Assembly: GCA_000934665.2 (NCBI GenBank)
Contig: KZ539370.1
Span: 1 to 44,104 of the forward strand
Direction: 5' to 3'
DNA from: Catajapyx aquilonaris
Lineage: Eukaryota
Length of the DNA stretch: 44,104 bases
Shown here: one piece after another, positions 27,569 through 37,138 of the stretch
Layout of the letters: each line of letters opens with the position of its first letter
Position numbering within the stretch: the stretch's first letter is position 1
The notes under the pieces: generated by a model
What the model saw: the letters and a program-made list of their open reading frames with translations, nothing else
The model's database searches: none
What the model was told of the DNA's origin: nothing
Made by a program: the position numbers and the translations under genes

Positions 27569-28014
27569 ATCTCAATTTTTAGCATTCCACACGATCATGA
27601 GAATCTCAAGAAATCCGTCCGGCTCTGCATTTACAAAATGGAAATCTTTTTAAACACATAACAACAGTTTTTTAAAACATTACGGCATGAATCTCGAGTG
27701 AATGAGCGTGCAATAGTGTTGTGCAAGATGAGCGAATGACGATTGTTACCGTCCATAGATTTATTAACATTGTTTGCTCAGCAGTGAATGGGCAGCTTTT
27801 TAACGTCTTTTTATGTAAAGACTGGTTTTGAATGTACAAGCGGATTTACAATCAGCAATAAAATAGGTATTTTTCACTTTAATTCTCTTTGCACCTGTTC
27901 TGTTCATAAACTGTTCCGTTATGCCGCTTGCCAACTATTGGATATGCACATACATTTCTGGCTGTTAAGTGTCCCAGTCAATGTTTACTGGAAATGGAAC
28001 ACCGGGGGCCTTAC

Positions 28015-28153
28015 CTAAGGTGCGGATGGGCCTGTTCCGTCTGGACCAGAACAGCTCCCGCAGCCCTGTCTCCACGATGCCCTGGGCGTCTGAGTCGTCG
28101 AACCCTCCCGCCGGCGGGGTGGGGCGGCCCAGGGGCGGAAACCACCTCTCCAT
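28015..28153 (-). CDS. First coding exon of an unidentified minus-strand gene (MERWFPPLGRPTPPAGGFDDSDAQGIVETGLRELFWSRRNRPIRTL, phase-1 donor)
   Basis: GC-rich island; ATG in good context (GAGATGG); strong donor TAG|GTAAGG at 28014; YY1-like GGCGGCCATTG at 28224-28234 upstream. It lies just downstream of the FAU polyA signal. Product not recognised. Confidence 0.55.
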
Positions 28154-28658
28154 CTCTCGCCCTCGAGATTATTTTTTCACCTTATTTGGAACAGACGACC
28201 GACCGATCGCGCCAATTCGAACACAATGGCCGCCATCACCATCCAGTGATTGTGTAATCAAGATTAAAAATAATCCGGATATGTCAAAAACTGTTCCGCC
28301 GAGCAATTTTAACAAAATCGTCTACATACCACAATTAGTCCGGATTTAAACGATAGTTATTAAATTCGAACGCAAATTGCGGGCATCAGTAGTCAATTAT
28401 CGTGATTATGATTAAATCGGACGCCATATTTGATTGAGTAAAATCAACAGCTACAGGGTGTTCCGTAAGTTCTCTACACAAATCAATCAGGTCAACAGCA
28501 ACAAAAAACAACAATAGAATGGGCATTGCAACAATATGTTCAGTTGCGGCAGTATCAAAACAACGGATTAATCTTCCAGCGCTTTTATTTAATCGCACGC
28601 ATGCGGCATTTGCATATTTTTTTAAATTTGCTTTCAACAGTTGGGGAGTTTTTCCAAA

Positions 28659-30683
28659 TTAGGAGTTGGTGTTGGGTCCCCTCCTTCGTCCGAACTGTTG
28701 TACGATGTTGACAAAGCGCCGGTTGTACTGCTGCCGCCTCTTTGCCCTGCCGGTCTTCTGCTTCTTCTTCTCCTGCTTCTCTACCTTCGGGGTCTGGCCA
28801 CGGACTTTTCCAGCACGGGCCAACGATCCGTGAACCTTGCCTGAGAGAATATAAGGGGAGGGAAAACGGTATTGTTGAAAAGATTCAAGTCTTAGATGGG
28901 TTTTGAAATATTAATGCCGCACTTAAATATGGGAATCATTTGGCAAACAAAAAACAGGAAACACATTGGGCATTTTTATAGGGACAGTGCAGCAGTTGAT
29001 TAACTAATGATTGTCCCCACCGCCTAGACCGCCAGCAAGCATTGCAATCGCAAGCTGAGGTAACCTGCAGTGGAAAGTAGTTGCCATAACTATTGTTCTG
29101 CCTGGTCTAAAATCGGAAGTAGGAGACGACCGAGTGACCGGTCTGCCACCATCCAAACCAGGGGGATACGCTCTTCAGAAACTGTCATTACCTCCTTTCA
29201 GTCCAATGTTGAGGTCAACAATGTTGCCAACAATGGAGGACACACAGTCATCATCCTCGAGGGGAACTCCAGCCGAGTACAGCAGGACCTGGGTGACATC
29301 AATGGACTCCAGGGAAGCCACATGGTCCTAAAAAAATACGGAAATTGTATTAGTTCGGTATACTATTACGATATTTTCACTGTCGTACTTTAACGTACAG
29401 ATTTCAAAAAAATTAGAAATGACTGCATGCAACCTGCACTTGTTCTGTCTACTTCAGAACAAAGCTCACATCCGCATCATTTAAAATGATCCCTCCCAGG
29501 ATTGATTTTGCCCCGAGTGTCAATAACTTTTACAGGAAGTTTAACGGTATAGGCAGGCCACTGCCATTGACGCCATCATTTGCTTACGAGTTCCTACCCA
29601 ACAAAAATCTACCGAATGCACCACTGGAACCTCCCACTTTTCAAGTTTTCCATGGAGATGCCCTCATGCAACAATTGGAGTGAACAATGTCAGCAATGGG
29701 AGTAAACAATGTCAGCAAAAAAGAACACTGTTTGCTCCAATTGTTGCACGGGGACATCTCCATGGTAACAGGAAAAAAGTGGGAGGTTCCAGTGGTGCAT
29801 ATGGCAGATTTCTGTTGACTAGGATTTGGTAAACAAAATGACGACGTAAGAGCGGGCCGCCTATACTAGTCTGTAAACAAAACGATGACGACAATGGCAA
29901 GTTAGATGCAAAACAGGCACTAACTGCAAGTTTTCCAGTATCGGTTAGTTGCAAGAATTGAAATTGATGACATCGTCATTTTTCCATGCTTGAAACGGCC
30001 ACAAGTGTTGGGAAACTTCAATGATTCATATTTTAATTTTTGCGAAAACTACAACTGATGCCCAATCTTTGGGAGCTGCACAATGCTCATTAAACCTTGG
30101 CCTTAATAAAGTTAGCACGTACCCATTCATTATTCACCGATGGAATACCCCAGTCGAAGTTGTGCCACATTGTGCAATACGCATTGATTTCATTAAATAT
30201 TACTTTCAGCCACCTCCATGCATTTCAGAAAATAAGCTCATTGTTGACCAGTTCCCTAAAAACCGCAATTAAAATTCTGGTAGGTTCGTATCACTTTCTG
30301 GCATGACCAAATAACGGCGACGTTTCTGCTCATGATGGATCCATTACCGACAGGTTTTGCTGCAACATCAATATTGCATACTGCATTGATCCTCAGCGGG
30401 TTCAAGCAGCTGGTCAATAAATGATCTGATGAATCAGGGTGCGGCTGACTGACACGACCATGTGACCTCTGCCATTGCACGTCCACCCCCTTTTCTAATG
30501 TTTCAGCCCCGACCTTCCTTCATGTGACCTACCTACCCTTCCATTTACCCTAAAGAACCAGTTCAACTCTTCCAACTGTTGTGTTGTACTAGAGATGAAA
30601 AGTACCTTGATCAGTGCGACCTTCTCCTCTCCGGTGAGCTGCAGCACGTGCGTCTGCTGTCCCCTAACCTCCAACTGCATCAT
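28659..30683 (-). CDS. FAU: Ubiquitin-like FUBI-40S ribosomal protein S30 (eS30) fusion, 131 aa
   Basis: Exons 30683-30606 ([26 protein letters not shown]), 29327-29192 ([26 protein letters not shown]...IGLKG), 28840-28659 ([45 protein letters not shown]...GPNTNS). GG|KVHG cleavage site intact; AATAAA on minus at 28589-28584. Confidence 0.97.
29009..29162 (-). ncRNA. Candidate box H/ACA snoRNA in the last FAU intron
   Basis: Sense to the host gene. 5' hairpin (CTGGTTTGGA/TTTAGACCAG base, GACCG/CGGTC apex); H box AGAACA (29099-29094); small TAGTT/AACTA insertion hairpin; 3' hairpin (TTCCACTGC/GCGGTGGGG) immediately followed by ACA (29014-29012). About 154 nt. Confidence 0.65.
29545..29880. 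mobile_element. Foldback/palindromic MITE in FAU intron 2
   Basis: About 140-nt imperfect inverted arms, e.g. ATGCACCACTGGAACCTCCCACTTTT...CCATGGAGATG...GCAACAATTGGAG versus its reverse complement at about 29735-29800. The loop carries a short tandem duplication, GAGT(G/A)AACAATGTCAGCAA. Confidence 0.75.
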
Positions 30684-30782
30684 GGCTGTAAGAATGGGCA
30701 GGCACCTGCAACCGAGGGTTTGGAATAACGACCAGAGAGAAACGATTGGGGTGAGGGGAAAAAGAGACGGGGACCAACTCAC

Positions 30783-30826
30783 CTTCCCAAGAAAAAGAGC
30801 AAGGAATGGAATCCAAGATGGCTGCC
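30783..30826 (-). promoter_or_regulatory. FAU core promoter: TCT/5'TOP initiator, short non-coding exon 1 and YY1 site
   Basis: Minus strand GGCAGCCATCTTG (30826-30814), then CTCTTTTTCTTGGGAAG|GTGAGT (exon about 30797-30783). The acceptor TTCTTACAG| opens the coding exon at 30685. A polypyrimidine start is characteristic of ribosomal protein genes. Confidence 0.8.
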
Positions 30827-32040
30827 GAAACACGCCACAACCCAAACCGGAACACGAACGCGACTGGGGAGACGTCTGGTGGGCGGGGAGAGAATCAGTC
30901 ATGTTCCAGACCCGGATCATAGATGGCGGAAAGGTATTCAAATCAGAAACAACAGCAGCAGGGCGAATACGGTACCGTAACTGAAATACAGTGACAAGTT
31001 GTTGTTGCTGCTGTGTGCTGCTGTCGTCGTCGTCGTTGTTGACGTCGACGACGACGACGACGGTATGATGATGTTGGGTGATGAAACAGCAACCACATTT
31101 TCCAAATAAATATTTCACTTTATATATTTTCTCAACATATCTGCCATAGCGAGAGCTAATGGCGCCATACTGTGCATATACTAAAGAGTATTATTCAAGG
31201 GGAGGGGAAAAAATATTATTCTAATGGCCTGGGAAAAACAACAGCTGAAATAATATTTTCCCCCTCAGAGATGCGTTGCATTTGAGGAAGTAAAATAATT
31301 CGCATGCGCAGGTATATATGGGGGTTTGTCTCGTCATATGTAGTGTCAGTACGTGCAGGATTGATGGTATAATAAGTACGAATACTGCTGATGTTCATGC
31401 GTCTGAACTGAGCCAGGGAAATACCCCGGAGTCCAAGGACCCTGCGTTTATTATATTTAATCACCTTATCTTGATCACTTGCCATTGTGATGCTCGTGGA
31501 TGGCGTCAATTTTTTTTAAAAAAGAGAATAAAACACTAACCAGACAAGCCAATTATTTAAAAAAAACTTGTTATGTGCTGGAGCCTGATGGAGGCTACAT
31601 TGCGCATATCACCATACCCGATCTGCATTGCCAGTGCGTCATTCTGTTTCCAAAATACAAAAACAGCAAGGGATGTACGCAGTACGTGAGAAGATCAGGT
31701 GGATTAATAAAGGAGGCAAAAAACCTAATTACTGTGCATTGCAAGTACAGGTACGAGGTACCGTACTCTTACCTGGGATGTTTTTATCAGATGTTCAGAA
31801 TCTGAATGACGTAAGAAAAAGGGCCGTGTGTTATTATACTTATTAATAAACACGTCAGTCTTTCGCATAATATAGACTAACAACAATTATTTACCTTCCT
31901 GGCAAAAAATCACATTACAGTACTCCCTGATTACAGTTTACACATTATACAGTACAACAGTGGTACCGGAATCGGCCGGTAGATGTCGGCAGAGTCGATT
32001 GGTTGTGCCGGCCTCCGCTTGGTGTCTCTACCTCCGCTGG

Positions 32041-32077
32041 TATATAACGAGAACCATCTTTTCGCAGGTGTTCATTC
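32041..32077 (+). promoter_or_regulatory. Possible TATA + Inr core promoter of NUS1 (alternatively a 5'UTR splice acceptor)
   Basis: TATATAA at 32041 and TCATTC at 32072 (31 nt apart). An acceptor-like CATCTTTTCGCAG ending at 32067 overlaps this region. Confidence 0.4.
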
Positions 32078-32149
32078 TTTGACAAGCGCTTGACCTGTGA
32101 GGGTCTCCTTCCCCGTGAGCAACAACAACAACTGACCAGTGTCCGAGCA

Positions 32150-33978
32150 ATGTCCGAGGAGAAGGGGAAGGTGTGGTGGAGGGTGGCCCTGCTGTACCTG
32201 ATCCACGTGGCCCTGTCCCTCTACTTCTGGCTGGAGACCCAGGTCGCGTCGGGCATCCTCTCGCCGCGGATACTGGTCAGCAAGCTCCGCTCCACGTTCC
32301 TCCCGGCCCAGAACCAGAGGAAGCACGAGGCCGGCCTCATCCAGCAGGCCGTCACCCACCTGCCCAAGAGGCCGCACCACTTCAGCGTGGTCCTGGTCAG
32401 CGAGGAGCCTGACTTCAGCAAGGCAGCCCGCCTGATCTGCTGGGCCGTCGAGGCTGGCTCCAAGGCGGTCTCCCTGTACGACCACGACGGGAAGTTCAAG
32501 CTCAGGCAGGAGGAGTTCAAGGCCGTCTTGGTCAAGGAGGCTGCCCTCTTCTTCCAGGAGCAGAGCCTCAAGCCCACCTTCACACTGCACAACACGCTCA
32601 AGAAGAACGGGTTCGTTCCTAATGGTACGTATGCAGCTGGGTGTCGGTACCAGTTGGGGGGTTCAAGTTGACATTGGGGGGAAATGGCATTAGCAGACAA
32701 AATCAAGCCGCATTTACATGCGAGTGATTGTTACGTTCGCTTAACATCGCTGCAACATCTCCGATAAATCCCTCGCATGTAAATGCAGCTTTACTTAGAA
32801 CATGCGCAACAACAACCGCAACAATAAATAAATACATAAAATATTAATAAATATAGCGATTAGAGTCGATGACAATCATTTCAAGCACTGCCCAATGTTA
32901 AAATATATGCTTTGCGCTGGGCTGTTTTCACTTTAAAAATTGTAGCCTGCGATGTTGATTATTCAGCGAGTACTGGCCTTGCACGTGGTGCATAACGTGA
33001 AAGTTTGTTGTCGCAGAATTGACTTGGGGAGCAACAGATTTCATAGGTTGACTTGAATTATTATCATTAACACTTGTACGTCCAAAATTAATTCCAACGA
33101 CATATAACGATGAGTTTTGTATGGCACAAAATATTCTGGCCGTGCCCAAGGTTCAACTCTCTGTTTCCCCACTGAGGGAAGAAAAGACAGATAGTCATAG
33201 TTCAGGAAATTGTGTAAAAGTTGCTGCATGCAAGCGTGGATTTATTATATCACCAGAGTTATTAAGTCCATCATGTTGGCCCACTTTTTCCTGCATAGCA
33301 CAAATGTATTCAGCTGAGAGTCAACTTTCCCTTTTTTCCAACCCCCCTTTTTCTTAGGAGGTGGAAAGGGGAATGAAATCCACGTGGTCCTAACTTCCTA
33401 CGAGGATGGCCGACCTGACTTGGTTCGAGTGGCCAGAGACGAATGCGCAGCCGTTTTGCACGAGAGGAAATCTCCCAAGGAGGTGAAGGAAGACAGCGTT
33501 TCGGAGCAGTTGGCGCCAACTAAAGGACTTCCAGATCCGGATCTGATCCTCAGATGCGGATTCATCCGATCCATGGCTGGATTCCTGCCTTGGCAAATAC
33601 GCCTCAGTGAATTCTAGTAAGTTGTGGTTTTTGACCTAGGTCATGCTTTCACAAATGTCGATTCCATTGGGATTATTATTTAGAAATTGTGCCCCTGAGA
33701 AAGCATTTCGGTCTAGTGTGACTGACTGGCATTTCGATGAGTAATTTTTTCCTGTAGCTTTACACACACTTGTAGCGTAATTATTCTTATGTAAGCTGAC
33801 AGTACTTTTATCACCGAGTAATTCAGTCAATTTGCTGCTGGTTGCCTTGGCAAGATTTTATAGCCGTACATTTCTGTCTTATTACAGTGACATAAGATCT
33901 CACCATGGAGTTCAGGTGGAGCACTTCATAGATTCGCTCTATTTCTACGGGAAAGTGGAGCAGAGGTTCGGCAAGTGA
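32150..33978 (+). CDS. NUS1: Dehydrodolichyl diphosphate synthase complex subunit NUS1 / Nogo-B receptor (274 aa)
   Basis: Exons 32150-32624, 33358-33616, 33888-33978 (825 nt). N-terminal hydrophobic segment, then LPKRPHHFSVV...ICWAVEAGSKAVSLYDHDG, SYEDGRPDLV, LPDPDLILRCG...GFLPWQIRLSEF and the C-terminal RxG motif EQRFGK. AATAAA at 34082. Confidence 0.95.
32706..32790. mobile_element. 85-bp PIF/Harbinger-like MITE in NUS1 intron 1
   Basis: 19-bp TIRs AGCCGCATTTACATGCGAG / CTCGCATGTAAATGCAGCT (1 mismatch), flanked by TCA and TTA (near-match 3-bp TNA target duplication). Confidence 0.7.
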
Positions 33979-35098
33979 ATCATAGTGATGTCATTTATTT
34001 TGTGTGAACCCTTGTGATGTGTATGTGTGTGCGAGTGAGAACTGTGAACAGATCTGTGCATCAAATTTAGTTTCTTAACGCAATAAAAAGATTTATGACA
34101 TTGTTAAATGTGTCTTGAAAATTATCATGTCCAGTTTGACCTTCCCCCCGGAGTCACACCAAACGTGTGCAGGGCTATAGTTTTTCCTTACACGAGTTGG
34201 AAGCAGTTGCTCAAGACAAATTAAAACGATGCATGTTGTCATGCGAAGAGTGCACCTCGGCTGATAGGGGAAGCCCCTAGGAAGCTGAAGTATGACGTAC
34301 AATCAACCTAAGGTTATCCTCTCTTTTTTTTTCTCCCTCCTGTTTTCTGCCATAACCTTCATCTACATGTACAAAAGTTACATGCAACCCTCTGTGCAAG
34401 TTGCGCAGAGTCAGGCCAGTTCTCATGTGAGATGACGTCCAGGTGAAGAAATATGGCTCCTTTTGTGTTACCCCTCCTTATTTTTTTATCGCAGGATGGG
34501 CCTGGGCAGTAATTGCCCAACCTGTTGCGGCCTCAAAAGTTATTTCTTCCCTCAGGCAATACCCGGGACCCACAAATGTTTTTTTTTTATACCTCCCTAT
34601 CCTTGCACGTCCTTCAATTTACATCCAAACGAGTATTACATCAGTAGCGTAACGCAAACTGATGAGGGAATTTGCTTGTACATGTCGAACTGTGGGCATT
34701 GAAATTCCTGCGCTGCCCACCTTGTACGGTTATGTCAACCCAGGACTTGGACTCCTCAAGAGGTGAAAGTCCCGTTTGGTGCATTTGGGAGGAGATGCTG
34801 TGAAGTGGCCTCCAGCATCCAATGGAATCGGTCTTTGAATGCAGCTAATTGGGCAGAAGGAATATTATTCTCTGGCCTCTCTCCCTGATATTACAGTCAC
34901 GTCTTGGCATTGACCCAAATTTTAAGTAAACAAAAAAATACACTGAAGGGAAATCCATCATTCAAAAGACAGTCAGAAGTAATAAGCAGAAAATGCACAA
35001 TATTATCCACCACAAGGGTAATTTCTAGTGCAAATAAATTAGTCACGTGCAACAACAGATTGAAATTATGTACTGTTTGCTCTATGCTGGAGTCAACC

Positions 35099-35153
35099 AT
35101 TATTGTACTGTACAGTAGTACAGTACAAATTATTGTACTGTACAGTAGTACAG
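35099..35153. repeat. 30-bp-period tandem duplication
   Basis: ATTATTGTACTGTACAGTAGTACAG occurs twice, 30 nt apart. Confidence 0.85.
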
Positions 35154-37138
35154 ATGAAAGCAATGACTCGTGTGGATTTGCCGGGATTTGCGAAAATGAG
35201 ATATTGGCCAATTTTTCTTTTTTTTCCAGGGAAAAGTTGATGATGGTCAGTTTATTCCCGTTGTTTTAATTGCGGGGGAAAAAAATTACTGGAAAAGTGC
35301 AGATGACGTCAGTTAGAAATGGAAATTTCTATGTACGTATGTACATATATAAAAAACAGAAAGGAATGTCGGGTAATTTCTCGTCTGTAATTGATTGATC
35401 GGCGGCTGGCGCAGTTTTAAATAATTTTTAAAAAACCATATTTGCAATTATCGGATTCGTCAATGCCCCCGGCTCATACATGCGGAAGAGATTAATTAAC
35501 AGTTAATTGGATTGGACGCAAGTGAAAGCTCGATACAACGGGAGGGGGAAAAAAAAAATGAAAGCGAGGTATAATTATTTCGCAATCGACTTTAACTGCA
35601 CGTGCACAGTTTTAATATTTCTTGCATTGCAGTCATCAGCACAATAAATAAGGGATGAAAAGAAAAAAGTTCAAATAAGAAGAAGATTTAAATCGACCTT
35701 GAGCCGCATCACGGGGTTTTTCTCCACCGATACATGATAAAAAAAAGGACATTCCATTGTTCTGAAGACGAAGAATTTCTCTCGCCATTCAAGAGACTGA
35801 GGCTGAGGACGGATCATTTATCCATTAATGTATTAAAATAATGAGGAAATCATTCACTTTTTTTTTTCTGCCTTCACTTATTTTCGGTCAAGGTGGTGCA
35901 CACGTATGGGATTGTTCAACCCAGCAACCATACACATTGGCCATTATAGTCTATCTAATTTTCGCAATGTCTGGTATGGGCTCTTCCGACATCCAATCCG
36001 CAACCAATCATATGTTTTTCCTCCAGTGCTTAACGGCCCTGCAATTACTGTGCGCAGTAAAAAAGGAATTGGCTAAAATAGCATTACGTACATAGGGTGT
36101 TGAAAGAGGATGACGACCCTCATTATTTGCAATCTTGCCCTTCTCCAACATTGCAAAAAAAAGCATGGTCGTGCGGCTTCCAGACAATTTTACAAGCTGG
36201 TTTTACAGCTATTGAGGTACTGAATTAGCATTGAAATGAGCGTGATTCAAGCTGGGCGCTGAGCTTCAATTGGAACATGGGGAAGGCTGCATGTGAAGCT
36301 GAAATTACAGTAGCAAAAATCATATGTGGATCATTTTGCAAATTATTTCCAATTGGTTGTACAGTGGCAGTGCTGGTTGTCACCCCGCTTTTTGCTTATT
36401 GTTGTTGAAGGCTACCCGTGCAATGGGTCCCAGAAAAACCCGTTTTGCTGCTAATGATGCTGAACACTAACAACGCCAAAGTGTACGTCAATAACAAGTT
36501 TACTTTATTTTTTTTGCATCCAGCTTGTCCAATTGCGTCATGACTCCAGCACGTCATCCAACTTTTTTGCACTCTCGAGATATGCACACCATTATTGCCA
36601 GTTGCGAGGCAACTCGGGTCTACCTGACGTGATTTTCAGCTGTGAATCACAGCCTCGGAAAAACAATAAAAATTACAATATTATTACTGCCCTTGGCCTT
36701 CAATGGCAACAAACAATTTTTTTTAGAAATTTGTCTGGATGGAAATTATTCCTGGAGAAGGCAGTGAATGCATTCCAAGCAAAACATATTTCATGCTGAG
36801 ACGGGTAAGTAGGGATAAGAAATGTTCTTTGCTACTGCAATTATCAGACATTAATAGGTCAATAAACAGTGAGCAACACATGCTGCAATATGAAGGGTAC
36901 TTGTATAACAGCAACTGCGAAACACTTCACGCACGATACTATGGAAAGAAAGGATTAATGAAAACGCCACTCTTCAACATGTTTCATTTTTATTATTACG
37001 ATCTCACGAGTCACGCTTCTGAAACTGAACTCGGCATAGCTACTGCTCATACACTAGGAAGAGAGAAGATAGAGAGAGAGAGAGAGATACCTATTTTAAG
37101 GAAAAAGATTAATTGCGTCGTATTATTTTAATAAAGAT

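Noticed and set aside
28452..28475. TACAGGGTGTTCC mariner-like TIR start
   Set aside because: No partner TIR or element body found.
30241..30540. Search for a C/D snoRNA in FAU intron 2
   Set aside because: No properly spaced RTGATGA...CTGA pair with a terminal stem on the sense strand.
32072..32706. Antisense ORFs over NUS1 (likewise over PNISR and the Cache gene)
   Set aside because: Shadow ORFs caused by GC-rich codon usage of the real genes.
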